DNA of 63,715 nucleotides, counting the filler, from Stramenopiles sp. TOSAG23-2 (Eukaryota): NCBI GenBank assembly GCA_900128395.1. It is 11 parts of 11 records of this genome, joined end to end, with 100 filler letters (N's around TTAATTAATTAA, not from the genome) between each part and the next. Parts side by side here need not be neighbours in the genome. Positions count along the whole stretch, not along the records: positions 29,740 to 37,061 come from LT650334.1; positions 37,162 to 44,475 come from LT650335.1; positions 44,576 to 51,885 come from LT650336.1; 8 more parts are not named here. One strand, 5' to 3'. Numbering within the stretch: the first letter of the stretch is position 1; each line of letters begins with the position of its first letter. This document shows positions 34,366 through 46,699 of this stretch, piece by piece. The notes beneath the pieces are model-generated. The model searched no databases. It was not told the DNA's origin and worked only from the letters and a program-made list of their open reading frames with translations. The position numbers and the translations under genes were made by a program.

Positions 34366-35928
34366 TTACATACCATATGCATCATCACCATATCCAGATC
34401 CACCATATCCAGAACCATCATAAGTGTCATATGCAGAATTGTTATTATTATTATTATTGTCATTAGTAGTAGTAGTATCATCCTCATCATCATCATCATC
34501 AAATGACATACCATATTCCTCAATGAAACGTTGAATTTTACCATCTTGAAGATATTCATCCATTTTCAATCCACTACTTTTACCAATACCATCCACTTTG
34601 TGTTTTTTTGAACTCCCTAATTGTTTACCAGTCGCTGTTCCTTCGCTACCGAAAATAAAATTAAGATTTTGAATTGCATATGCTACCTTTTTATACGCTG
34701 CTTTTTTAAAGCCGTCTGCATGTGTTGATGCTTCCAAGAATATACCAGCAAGCTTCGCATTCTCTGGGCATTTACATGCAGCGGCTGCTTTTTCAGCTTG
34801 TTTTTTTTCTTCTTCAACAGTACCCAATTCCTTCTTTGCAGCAACTAACGTATCCGTAATATTTTTATCATTTGCATTATATATACCAGCTAACGCGATG
34901 CGTGCATCCCCATCATTACTTGATAATTTAATGCCAATTCCACGTGCTTTTTCCAATAATGAATCTAAAACAGCACGTTGATCCATATTACTAGTATCAA
35001 ATTCAACATTTTCCATTCCTTTTGAATTTTCGATTTTTTCTTTAGCTGCTTGATTTTGAAGCAATTCCTCATATTGTTCCACCGTTCGTACCCATGGTAC
35101 TTCCCCTCGTTCAAGGTGATCAGTAACAAAATTGCACGTGACGCGATAATGACCATTATGATATCCTTTGCAAGTCCATTTGCCTTGTCCATCATTTTTA
35201 CCACTAGGTATACATGTTAATGTAGTAGATTTACGACCAGTAGTGGAACGTTCTGGATCATCTTCCCCACCATGACATTCTGGACAACGTGGAATCGTGC
35301 CAAAGACATGGCCATCGATTACCCTTGATACTAGCTCTTCTTTTTTACCACTTTGAACTAAATAATTCCATTTTAAAATTTGTTTTAAATCAGATGTTGT
35401 CATTTTTCCATACAATGCAATAGCTTCAACTAATTTTGGTGACATACCTTTTTCTTTTGCAACACGTTCGATATCTGCTTGTGATAATGTTGTGCTAAAA
35501 GAAGAAGAAGATCCTTTCTTTTTACCACTACTTTTTTTTGCTTTTTTTGATGACGAAGATCCACCGTCGCTGCTACTGCTAACATTGGCAAGTGCATCTG
35601 AAATTTCATTAAATGTTCGTTTTAAACCATTATCATGTTCTTCTTTTTCTGCTGCGGACTTTTGAAACGAAGCTCTGAATTCTTTCACTAATTCTTCATC
35701 TACGTTTTGAAATTCACCTGCAATAAAAGCTTCCAAATCTTTTTTATAATTCTTTTTTGGTATTTTAAAACACGCTGCATTAGCACATCTCCATGAACAC
35801 ATCGTATATTCCCCATTATCACTTTCCGTTCCTACTCTTAATGCACCTTTTGGTATTTTTTCTTTACAACCTTTGCATGATGAACGACCAGTTTTTGCTT
35901 TTTCAAGGACATATCCTACAATTGGCAT
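34366..35928 (-). CDS. PARP-type zinc finger, SAP, PADR1 (Zn3) and PolX 8-kDa (HhH_8) domain protein
   Basis: YVLEKAKTGRSSCKGCKEKIPKG.LRVG; MTTSDLKQILK.N....SGKKEELVSRV; DG.VFG..P.CPEC...W.CKGY...C; ENAKLA.IF...FKKAAYKK...DGIGKSSGLKMDEYLQDGKI. Confidence 0.8.
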   Translation of the reverse strand: MPIVGYVLEKAKTGRSSCKGCKEKIPKGALRVGTESDNGEYTMCSWRCANAACFKIPKKNYKKDLEAFIAGEFQNVDEELVKEFRASFQKSAAEKEEHDNGLKRTFNEISDALANVSSSSDGGSSSSKKAKKSSGKKKGSSSSFSTTLSQADIERVAKEKGMSPKLVEAIALYGKMTTSDLKQILKWNYLVQSGKKEELVSRVIDGHVFGTIPRCPECHGGEDDPERSTTGRKSTTLTCIPSGKNDGQGKWTCKGYHNGHYRVTCNFVTDHLERGEVPWVRTVEQYEELLQNQAAKEKIENSKGMENVEFDTSNMDQRAVLDSLLEKARGIGIKLSSNDGDARIALAGIYNANDKNITDTLVAAKKELGTVEEEKKQAEKAAAACKCPENAKLAGIFLEASTHADGFKKAAYKKVAYAIQNLNFIFGSEGTATGKQLGSSKKHKVDGIGKSSGLKMDEYLQDGKIQRFIEEYGMSFDDDDDEDDTTTTNDNNNNNNNSAYDTYDGSGYGGSGYGDDAYGM

Positions 35929-35954
35929 TGTTGTTTTTTATTTTTTCTCTTTGT

Positions 35955-35990
<36 letters not shown>

Positions 35991-37187
35991 TATTATCTTA
36001 TACCGTATTGATAGAAATCAAAATACGATTCTTCGAAATGTTTTGTTAATCACGTCGTAGATGTATATGTCTTTACTGATGATACAAACTTATAATCTAT
36101 CTCTATCCCTTTTCCTCGAGGTCGTCTTCAATTCAATTTGTTCTATAATAAATAAATATTTTTTTTTTTTGTTTTTGTTGTTTTTGTTGTTTTTTTTGTT
36201 TTGTTGATTTTTTTCATCGAATTTTAACGCTATTATACCTTAACCTACTATCAAATGATGATTTAATTATACTTCAAAGGAGAATTAGAATACTAAAACT
36301 ATACTTGATATTTTAATCATTTTTACCTCATCTTCAAAAACCAGCATCACACATATATAAGATAGATATTTTTAGATGGGTTATTAAAACCTAAATAAAC
36401 AAGTATACATTATTATAAACATATTTAAGAAACAGACATTATTTTATACATAGATTACAATAATATTACATGCAACACGTTTTACGATACTCAAACAAAC
36501 GATGCTAAGTTTTATATGACAACTGAATAGTTTGTTTTTAAAGGTATTATTTGTATCATAGAAAAATTTACTTTTTATTTTTTTTTTTTCATTTTAACCG
36601 TGTTTATACCCAAAAAGCAGTTATATTGCTAATATTAAAAAAATGATCTGAAAAAGTAAGTTCTTCTTCAATTCAAGTAATACAAATGAACACGGTCTTT
36701 TTTAGTAATATTGCACAGGATTTAAAGCTATCCGGACAAATATTGAAGCATAAGAAAGTCATTTTCTATCATGGTGGTGTGTATAGACAAATTCTCCGCA
36801 TTTTGTAAAAGCAGGAGGCGTAGAGGAGGAGAAGAACTAGAATTAACAATAAGAAACCCACAAAAGTAGTGGAAGACGCAGGAGACGTAGGAGAAGAGAA
36901 GAAGTAGAATTAATCAAGACGTAGGAGATGTAGAGAAAGTAGTGAAGAAATTAAATATTAGAAAGTAGAGAAAGAATAGAATAGTAAATAGCGTAGAAGA
37001 GAAAGTAGAATATGTACGACCTAATCGGAGACGTCTGATTGGAGGAGTCATAAACATACATNNNNNNNNNNNNNNNNNNNNNNNNNNNNNNNNNNNNNNN
37101 NNNNNTTAATTAATTAANNNNNNNNNNNNNNNNNNNNNNNNNNNNNNNNNNNNNNNNNNNNAATGTACGAACGTTTTAGGAACGCGC

Positions 37188-38193
37188 GCGTGTTCTGTAT
37201 AAAACAACATTCTTGATGTATTTCCATATCCTTTTTTTTACTATATCATAAAACCCATTTCATACACTTCAATACACGTATCAATCATACCGCGTCTACT
37301 TTAAGCAAACACATATATTAACACCTTCATATACCAATAACAATAAAATCTCTCATTTTATACAATCCATACCATCATCATCATTACCATCTTAATGCAA
37401 ATTATCATGTGGTTGATGTGTTTTATTACTAAATTGTGTTTTAATGTAAAAATGTGTATCATCAACTTTAACTGAATTGACAGTACCATGGCGTACTAAA
37501 TGCAAATCATATTTAAACCATTTACGATCAACATATATTTCTTTCGTATCAAAAATTTTATCACTTTCTACACCATCTTCAAATAAATGGCAAATAGATG
37601 CATATCCACGATATTTTGCCATATCATATGCGCACATACCCCACATTTGCCTCAATGAATAATCGGCACCATGTCTTAAAAGCATAAATGCGTGTTCTGT
37701 ATAAAACAACATTCTTGATGTATTTCCATATCCTTTTTTTTACTATATCATAAAACCCATTTCATACACTTCAATACACGTATCAATCATACCGCGTCTA
37801 CTTTAAGCAAACACATATATTAACACCTTCATATACCAATAACAATAAAATCTCTCATTTTATACAATCCATACCATCATCATCATTACCATCTTAATGC
37901 AAATTATCATGTGGTTGATGTGTTTTATTACTAAATTGTGTTTTAATGTAAAAATGTGTATCATCAACTTTAACTGAATTGACAGTACCATGGCGTACTA
38001 AATGCAAATCATATTTAAACCATTTACGATCAACATATATTTCTTTCGTATCAAAAATTTTATCACTTTCTACACCATCTTCAAATAAATGGCAAATAGA
38101 TGCATATCCACGATATTTTGCCATATCATATGCGCACATACCCCACATTTGCCTCAATGAATAATCGGCACCATGTCTTAAAAGCATAAATGC
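37188..38193. repeat. 502-bp head-to-tail duplication of the 3' end and 3' flank of the WW-ankyrin gene (probable artefact)
   Basis: 37188-37689 matches 37690-38193 and generates the spurious ORF 37392-37712. Confidence 0.85.
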
Positions 38194-38976
38194 AACGCGT
38201 AAATGTCCTCTATTACATGCATTGATTAATGGTGTATATTTACGATTATCTCTACAATTTATATTTGCTTTACCAACTTCTAATAAATACTGTACAATAT
38301 TTTCATGACCAGCTTCCGATGCGACATGCAATGCCGTGCTACCTTTTATATTTGTATCATCCACATCGATGGGACTTGGTTTTTTAATACATGCTTTGAC
38401 AACGCTAAGATCACCATTTTTACATGCCTTAAATAAACTTTCAAATTTTATTTTACGTTCTTCCTCATGTTGTATATCATCTTTCGATACAGTATCTCCT
38501 AATTTTTTTAAACGATTAATTGATGTTGGATCAGCAAAACCAAATCCTTTTTGTTTTTTATGTGATGGTGATGCAGGGACAGATGAATGAAACGTTGCCG
38601 GTTCTTCCCATGAACTTTGTTTTGTTACTGTATTGTAATAATATGGTTTCCCACTTCCATCATCAAAATGTTTTTCCCATACAGGTTTTAAAAATTTACG
38701 TTTTAAACTAACGGCTGCACGTACTTTATTTAATGCACGTACCCATTTGGGAGACATTTTTTTCGGACCACGTCCAACACTACCATCTACTAAATTATCT
38801 TGATAATATGGATCATCTTCGTTATTTTGATCGTCTGTATTGTAATATTGACCTCGTGTTGATTCTAAATCAAGTCCTTCCGGTGGCCATATCCAAGAGG
38901 ATTGTCCAGTAAAAGTATTGTAATAATATTCATCCCCTGATTCTGGATCTTGTTGTGTTATCCATCCATCTGTCAT
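37894..38976 (-). CDS. Two WW domains plus ankyrin repeats
   Basis: W...D..SG..YYYN..T.QSSW..P twice; ankyrin TALHVAS..GH, TPLINAC.RGH. Confidence 0.88.
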   Translation of the reverse strand: MTDGWITQQDPESGDEYYYNTFTGQSSWIWPPEGLDLESTRGQYYNTDDQNNEDDPYYQDNLVDGSVGRGPKKMSPKWVRALNKVRAAVSLKRKFLKPVWEKHFDDGSGKPYYYNTVTKQSSWEEPATFHSSVPASPSHKKQKGFGFADPTSINRLKKLGDTVSKDDIQHEEERKIKFESLFKACKNGDLSVVKACIKKPSPIDVDDTNIKGSTALHVASEAGHENIVQYLLEVGKANINCRDNRKYTPLINACNRGHLRVAFMLLRHGADYSLRQMWGMCAYDMAKYRGYASICHLFEDGVESDKIFDTKEIYVDRKWFKYDLHLVRHGTVNSVKVDDTHFYIKTQFSNKTHQPHDNLH

Positions 38977-39442
38977 GTTATGAGGTGTGTATGAATATGT
39001 ATATGTGTGTGTGTGTGTGTGTGTGTGGATTGAGTAGAAATTAGTTGTATGAGGACGTGTGTGTATATAGAGATAGAGATAGACAGATAGTTGAAGATAG
39101 ATATGATTTACAATATATTATCGTAGTTTAGTATGTTTATATGCATTGACTAGCTCTACCTGGACACCTGGACTACTAGCCCTTAGCTGGTTAGCCAGGC
39201 TAGCTAAAAGACTGTGCACAACAATAGAAAAGATAATTATGGGGATTTAAGCGCTTGACTGAAAATAGCATGCACATACCATTGCATTCAACTGTCGATA
39301 TGAACGTAAATAAGGATGAAAATATTTAAATTTTTAATAATATAAATTTTTTTTTTTGTGTTTCATTTTGTGTAATCTCTCTCGCTCTCGGCACACACAA
39401 ATACAAAGAAAAATTCTATTCTCCCTCTCTCATAACATGTTT

Positions 39443-39905
39443 TTACTGTTCTTCTTTTTTCTTTGCATTGTACGCATCACGTTTTGCTTGATAAATTTTA
39501 TAATCTGCATCATATTCTTTTTGTAATTTCTTTTTCATCGCTTTTTCATATCCTTCTTTTTTGTATAATTCACCGAATTTTTTAAAATCATTTTTCATAC
39601 CTTTTTCTTTGATTAAATATGCATTAAAACGTTGAAATATATTTGGTGGTCGTTTAGGAGCATTTGGATCAATAACACGTTTTTTTTTCTTCTTTTTTCC
39701 AGTTGTAGTAGTAGTAGTTGTTGTTGTCGTTGTTGTTGATGATGCTTTTTTTTTCCCGGGCGTTTTTGTACTATTACTACTATTATCAGATTTTTTCTTT
39801 TTCGATTTTGTTGTTGGTATTACGACGGCAACATTATTATTATCTTCATTATCAGAATCCGATGAACTATCACTATCATTTCCATTACTACTATCACTAT
39901 CACTT

Positions 39906-39944
<39 letters not shown>

Positions 39945-41167
39945 TCCGATTTATTACTCGTTTTTTTCTTTGCTTTTGTAGCATTAACGGTTGTTGTCGT
40001 TGTCGTCGTTGTTGTTGCTTTTGGCACTACAATTGCAACTTCTGGTGTTGTATTTTTCTTCTTTTTCTTTTTCTTTTTTGTGGTTGCACTTTTCGGTCCC
40101 GTCAATGGTGTACTTTCTTCTGCTTCATCATCTTCATCGCCACCACCACCTTCTTTTGTTGCTAAATACGTTTCATTCTTTTTCTTCCATATTTGAAATT
40201 CTTTCGTATATTTCTTTTCTAATGATAAACGAACTTTTGCTTGTTTTTTCGATTTCCATGCTTCTGTAATATCAGCCATTTCAATTTTACTTGAACCTTT
40301 CCAATTTTTCCTCATTATATTACTAAATGAAATAAATGCATTTGTTGGTCGTTTAGGTGCATTTGGATCTTTAACTTTTTTCTTTTTTTTTGCTTTTGTT
40401 TTAGCTGCTACTGGTAATGCTGGCATCGATGCTACTTGTTTTGGATCTTTAACTTTTTTCTTTTTTTTTGCTTTTGTTTTAGCTGCTACTGGTAGTGCTG
40501 GTATCGATGCTACTTGTGCCGTTGCAGAATTGTTGCTATTATCACCATCATCATCTTGATTATTATTACTATTACTACTACTATTATCCTCATCATTAGC
40601 ATCATTTTTTGCTTTTTTCTTTTTCTTTTTTCTGATCTTTTTTTTCTTCTGATTATTATTATTATCATCGTTAGAGGAAGAAGATGAGGATGACGACGAA
40701 GAAGGTGTTAATGTTGGTTTATTCAACGTATCAGCTTTTCTTTTCTGTTTTTTTGGACTACTCTTTGCTATTTGATTGTTGTTATTTTTCTTGTTTGTTG
40801 TTGAAATAAATATTTCGCCATCAAAGTTAGGAAAATAATTTCCAATTCTTTCGTTACTTCCAAGAGGTATACTATAACCAAATCTTGAAACAGTTGATAA
40901 GCTTATCTTGTCTTCATTTGGTAATCCAACATTAAAATTCGTTTTTGCTTGTGATTTAATACGTATAATAGTATTTTCCACAGTCATGTCACGGTCCACG
41001 ATACAGCTTATCGCGTTGCTGTTTGGCAATTTACATACGAGTAAGAGTTGCGCAGGTTGTTGGTACATGTTGTATGGTGTGTGTCTGGATGAAGAACGTG
41101 AACTATTATTATTATTATTATTTCCACCATTCATCATTGACCCCGGGGTATGAGGGTAATTATTCAT
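39443..41167 (-). CDS. Lys/Ser-rich protein with two HMG-box-like domains
   Basis: DPNAPKRPTNAFISF and DPNAPKRPPNIFQRF; S/D/T/K tracts; internal 2x QVAS[IM]PALPVAAKTKAKKKKKVKDP repeat. Confidence 0.75.
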
Positions 41168-41384
41168 GTTTCGTGTAATAATGGCAATGTATAAATGTTT
41201 TTATTTTTGCAACTGTGTAAAAATAATACACCGTGTTGTCAATATCTACGTTGTTATATATATGATGCAATGTAAATGTTTGTTTCTACTTTCTTGTCAA
41301 TTCATGTGTTGTCGTTATTATTCATTATTTTAACTCTGTCGTTACCATTGCACCATTATTATTGTTAACGAAAAAGTGTCTTCG

Positions 41385-41612
41385 CAGTGCTATATACCCT
41401 CTAAACCGTGTCAAAACTGTGCACTTCACAAATAACACTATTCACTATGGGAAATATGTACATATCGTTTTCTAAAATGCCAATTTTATTTTTCATATAT
41501 TTGTGAAAAAATAGCAAATATCCGAAAATATAGAAAAAATGATGAATATTTCCCCCATAGTGAATAGTGTTAAGTGCACAGTTTTGACACGGTTTAGAGG
41601 GTAGTAGCACTG
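41385..41612. mobile_element. MITE, copy 2
   Basis: Same termini and interior as 23770-24010; flanks CTTCG (left) and CTTACG (right). Confidence 0.88.
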
Positions 41613-42127
41613 CTTACGGCAATATGTGCAATATCTCGATTTTAGCTATCCTTATAGCCTAAGATTCAAAATCGGCGGACCGTAATTTTATCAAAAAATG
41701 AATTTAAAAAAAAGATTTTGTGATTTTATTTTTTTAAAATAAATAACTTAATCGATATATCATTTTACAAAATAAAATCGGATATTTGTATGTTAATAAT
41801 ATCAATAATCGGCATATTTTGATCCAATTTCGTTCCGCTTGATTTCGTTCCCTTTTGATCCCTACTCTTCAACTCTGGTATAATGCTATTCCCGTGCTAA
41901 TATTTGTGTCATGAAAATAAATAATTATTATATTTTTTTATTTAAAAAAATAAAAAAAATGAATAAAATGAATGGAGATTGACCACATACATTGCTGGAT
42001 TGACAATCAGAATGTAGATATATTTTATTGATATTTTTACAAGAAAGAAAGAAAGAATATACATATTTACCGTAGATAATACATTTATTTACACTGGAAC
42101 TGTATACTATTACAAATTCAATTTGCA

Positions 42128-42159
<32 letters not shown>

Positions 42160-42426
42160 GATAGACATATATTTTTAGTTTAATTTTTACGTAAATTAGC
42201 CTAAATATTAGCATTATTGTGGATATAGAAGTAAGATTTGAAAGATATATCCACAAAAAAAAAGTTATTTCACAGTTTTGTTCAATAAAAATATAACATT
42301 TATTGTACAGCAAATATATTCGCATACAAGTAACGTACATTGCGATATATACATATACCATATTGACATATTGTTCTTATTATTATTAGTGAATAGATAA
42401 TAGGAATATATATATATATATAGATT

Positions 42427-44217
42427 ATGAATCCATTAAACAATTATTTACCACCAAAACCAGCAACGCCACCCCTGGCACAATCAACAATAAGTGTTGA
42501 AAATCCAAAATTATTAAATATGAAGACAAATAAAGAAGAAGAAGAAGAACAACAACAACAAATACAAATACAAAAGAAATCACAAACCCCAACGCCCGTC
42601 GAAAACAATAACAACAACAACAATAAAACAACAATACAACCTTCCTCCTCCTCGTCTTCAAATATTGATCAAATAGCAACAACAAACCCAATAGCAACAA
42701 CAACAAACCCAGCAGCAATAACAACAAACCCGACAGCAGCAACAACAACAACAAACCCAACAACAACAACAGCAACAAACCCAACAACAACAACAACAAA
42801 AACAAACCCAACAACGACAACAACCAAGCCTGTTAAAAAAAAAAGAAAATATGAAAGAAATGAATGTATTCGATTGGATACAAATTTAATGTCATCGGTA
42901 TTTCATCAAGTTGATAAATTATATCCATGTCCATTATGTGGAAAACCATTTCGATCTGCACAAAGTAGATGGCAACATAAACAACGATGTAGGAGAAAGC
43001 AAGAAAAACTTCTTCAACAAAAATTAGCAGAAGGTAATAATGGCGATGATTTGATCGATACATCAAAAAAAGGAAATCAAGATATTGATAATAATCTACC
43101 AGCAGATGGTGCAACATCATCAGGAACCGGAGGACTTGATAGTAATGGACAGATGAAAAAACCTCGTAAAAAACGTCGTTCAGCTGGTGCATATATTACT
43201 ATACCAGCACAAGCCGATAAAATATTATTATATGAACAAATCATACCAATAAATATTGCAACTTCTGTATTAAAAACGGAAGAACAATGGGTATGTAATA
43301 TTTGTTCATTTAAAAATAAAATCTTTCCAGATATTTGTTCGATGTGTTTATCCAACAGAGATAATAAATTGAATAATTTTTTTGTATATACAAATGATAG
43401 TATGACGAAAAAATATGAACCATTTAAACCAAAAGACGATATGAAGAAGAGAAACAGTAAGAAAAAAAAGCAAAACAACAAACAAGTAGTAGTAGCATCA
43501 TCAGTTGCAACACTTGGTACACCTGGAGCAGCAGAGAACGATGATGGTGAGGATAATAATAATAATAACAATAATACAACGAACCAAACAACATCGAAAG
43601 CATCACCACCACCACCACCACCATTATTTACGATTAATAAAAGTTCACGTATATTTTCATATAATAATAAAGAAATTATTGCAAATACAAATAAAATGTT
43701 AGGTATTAAACAAGGAAGGGGTTTAAAACGTAAACGTAGTGGTCGTAATAAAAATTGGGTACCACCAGAAAGAAAGAAAAATTCCATGGGATTTAGTATT
43801 ACAAAACATATGTGTTTACAAAATGATATAGTAATTGTAAAACATCTAAAATCAAAAACAAATTTAAGATGTACAATAACAGTTGCAGTAGATCCAAGTC
43901 GTCCAGCTGGTTGGTTACCAGTAACTCCAATTGATCCAAATATTCCAGCATTTTCTACCAGAGTAACAAATATCATTGATACACCATCATGGAATGAACG
44001 TGAGAAAGAAGGCAAAAATATACATAAAACACCAAAAAAGAAACGTGGTGGAAGAAAGAAAAAGAAAATGAGCAGTAAAAAGAAAAAAAGACGTAAGAAA
44101 GATGATGATAGTGGAAACGATAAAAAGAAAAAGAAGAAAATTTCTACCGAAGCAAAGAAAAAATTATTGGATGAACAAGAAGCGGAAGATGATGATGAAA
44201 GTTCAGATGATGAAGAA
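42427..44217 (+). CDS. Nuclear protein with C2HC/C2H2-like and RanBP2-type zinc fingers, 3'-truncated by an inverted chimera
   Basis: YPCPLCGKPFRSAQSRWQHKQRC; WVCNICSFKN.....CSMC; basic NLS-like tracts. Confidence 0.7.
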
Positions 44218-44779
44218 GATGTTGTTTGGTTCGTTGTATTATTATTATTATTATCTTTGTTGTTGTTATTATTATCCTCATCATCATCGTTCTCTGCTGC
44301 TCCAGATGTACCAAGTGTTCCAACTGATGATGCTACTACTCCTTGTTTGTTTTTTTGCTTTTTTTTCTTACTGTTACTCTTCTTCATATCGTCTTTTGGT
44401 TTAAATGGTTCATATTTTTTCGTCATACTATCATTTGTATATACAAAAAAATTATTCAATTTATTATCTCTGTTGNNNNNNNNNNNNNNNNNNNNNNNNN
44501 NNNNNNNNNNNNNNNNNNNTTAATTAATTAANNNNNNNNNNNNNNNNNNNNNNNNNNNNNNNNNNNNNNNNNNNNATTATATAAATTTCTTTTACTCCCG
44601 TTCATTAACATCTCAAATCAAAAATGATTTTTAAATACTTATTTATTATACTGGTACGTATAAACATAGGAAATTATTTATATATATCTCATCACGAGAG
44701 TTCTCAATTCGTGAGCTATCGGTTTTTGTATTTGTTTTTGGTGATATATATATATATTGATACATGATGACATTTTTGT

Positions 44780-46456
44780 TTACAAGACAATTTTGCCATT
44801 AGTTGTAAGAGGACGATCTACCTCTGGTGTCTCTGGGGGCTGATACATTTCTTTCGTTTCCTTCTTCTTGGATGAAGGAGAACCTAATGTTTGTTCTAGT
44901 GCCTTTTTTTGCAACATTCTTGCTAGTTTTTCCTTCCAGAGTTTCTCCTTCAAATCTGCTAAACGTTTGCGCTCGCCATTTTTCTTCCTAGTATAATACC
45001 GTATACCATACGTCAAACTTTTTGCTTTCTCCTTTGCCTTATTTTCATGTTTTTTCATTAAATATTCTTTTGCTACATCATCAGACGATTGAAAACGCTT
45101 TTCTACCCTTTTGGACATAATTTTCTTTGCCTGTCTTGAAATTATCATATTCGCATCTTCTTTTGTTAAAGATAGTAGCTCGACTGGCGTTTGGGCAACA
45201 ACAGTACATTTGCGAATATTTAGTCCTAGTACTCCTTCTTCACAACAATAATCACCTTTGAAAGATTTGTCCAATTCAACATTATGTTTTACAGTATGAG
45301 TTATAGTTTCCTTACTATGTTTTGAAGTTGGCCATTTATTTGATTTGACATATTCAATTGCACGCATAATAGATACAGTTCCTTTTCGTATAAAATACAT
45401 TTTTTCCGCTGGATCGCCTTGTTTTGCAATAGTTGAACCAGCAGGGTACCTTTCCAACTCTAACATTTCAGCAAGTTGTAGTAAACGCTGCCATGACCAT
45501 CCATTTACTAATGGTACAGACGATTCTAGAAAATCACGGTTGCTATTTGTTCGCATTGATTCAAAATTTTTCATGCTTTCCCTATATGTATAACCACGTA
45601 ACATAGCAACAATTGTGTGTGACTCTAATGCTTCGCAAGTTTCTTGTCGAGTACTAGTAGTATTATTGAGTTCCAGGGCATCTTGACCGAAATCATCACT
45701 AGCTTTATATTTTCTACCATTTGTAATACTAGGTAATGAGGAATCGTTACTTTTACTTCTAGTTTTACTGGACGAAGCGGTTGATGGTTTTGAGTACGTG
45801 CGCAAAGAACCAGAGACCACCATGTAATAAACTTGCTCTGTATCACCTTGTTGATATAGTTTCTCACCTTTTACCAATTCTTTATGTTTAATTTTTTGAC
45901 AGACGATACGTAGACGTTGTTTATTTAAGTGGCATAAGCTATCAAACTGTCTTACCCATTTCATGATTATTTTCACATCATCGTCAGATCTTTCCTCGGG
46001 GTGCTTACGTATGGGTACAACAACACGCATGTTGATTGGGATTACCCTTTCATTAAATCTATTGAATACACGTTGAAAGTCTTTGCGCTTCTTAACCCAC
46101 ATTGGAAACAAAGTATCGTTGGTCCGTGCTCCTATTGCCCTATCTTTCACTTGCTCCTTATCATACACAGGCTCTACAATTGCCCAATCTGGAACTTCCA
46201 ATTTCCTTTGTACTTTTATTTTCATATCGTCTATTAATTTAGTTACATTGTCTTCATGCGATGTTTGTTTAACTTCTGGGCCGATGTACCACTCGACCAT
46301 AGGCAAAAGTCCCGGGCGTGCTTTAAGCGGGTCTACTAAGTTACTTTCATCTTCAGGCAGTTGTTCTAATTCGTCGTATTCATCATCAGAATCTAATAAA
46401 GCTAACAAGTCTTTATCTTTCTGAGATAGCGTCGGTGCAGATGCGGAGGAAATCAT
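44780..46456 (-). CDS. Protein with two cyclic-nucleotide-binding domains (CNBD2-like)
   Basis: KHPEERSDDDV; GEKLYQQGD..YYMVVSG..FGQ.AL..R; AGSTIAKQGD..MYFIRKG..R.CTVVA. Confidence 0.8.
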   Translation of the reverse strand: MISSASAPTLSQKDKDLLALLDSDDEYDELEQLPEDESNLVDPLKARPGLLPMVEWYIGPEVKQTSHEDNVTKLIDDMKIKVQRKLEVPDWAIVEPVYDKEQVKDRAIGARTNDTLFPMWVKKRKDFQRVFNRFNERVIPINMRVVVPIRKHPEERSDDDVKIIMKWVRQFDSLCHLNKQRLRIVCQKIKHKELVKGEKLYQQGDTEQVYYMVVSGSLRTYSKPSTASSSKTRSKSNDSSLPSITNGRKYKASDDFGQDALELNNTTSTRQETCEALESHTIVAMLRGYTYRESMKNFESMRTNSNRDFLESSVPLVNGWSWQRLLQLAEMLELERYPAGSTIAKQGDPAEKMYFIRKGTVSIMRAIEYVKSNKWPTSKHSKETITHTVKHNVELDKSFKGDYCCEEGVLGLNIRKCTVVAQTPVELLSLTKEDANMIISRQAKKIMSKRVEKRFQSSDDVAKEYLMKKHENKAKEKAKSLTYGIRYYTRKKNGERKRLADLKEKLWKEKLARMLQKKALEQTLGSPSSKKKETKEMYQPPETPEVDRPLTTNGKIVL

Positions 46457-46699
46457 GTGAAGGTTGTGCGTCAAATACACGCGCGTATAATAATTGTTTG
46501 CCACAGCGTTTAGCCTTGCTCTTTTTTCTTCGTATATAATTTAGGAAGCATAATAATCACGAATATATAAAAACACTGTGTATGTATATGTATGTATGTA
46601 TGTAATATTATTATTTATTTTTTTGTTGTTTGTTGTTGTTAAGTTTTTTTTAGCAGAGTTATATAGTAGCAGTGTAATAGCAGTATACTAAGTATAATA

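Noticed and set aside
36800-37061. Purine-rich tract with terminal hairpin as an RNA gene or Helitron end
   Set aside because: Single instance, cut by the contig end, with no diagnostic terminus or RNA motif.
37392-37712. Separate ankyrin gene paralog
   Set aside because: Lies in an apparently identical 502-bp tandem duplicate of the neighbouring gene's 3' end.
43077-44459. 460-aa minus-strand ORF and other long antisense ORFs (e.g. 4975-5709, 24614-25666)
   Set aside because: Antisense shadows of low-complexity coding DNA, the first partly created by the inverted chimera.
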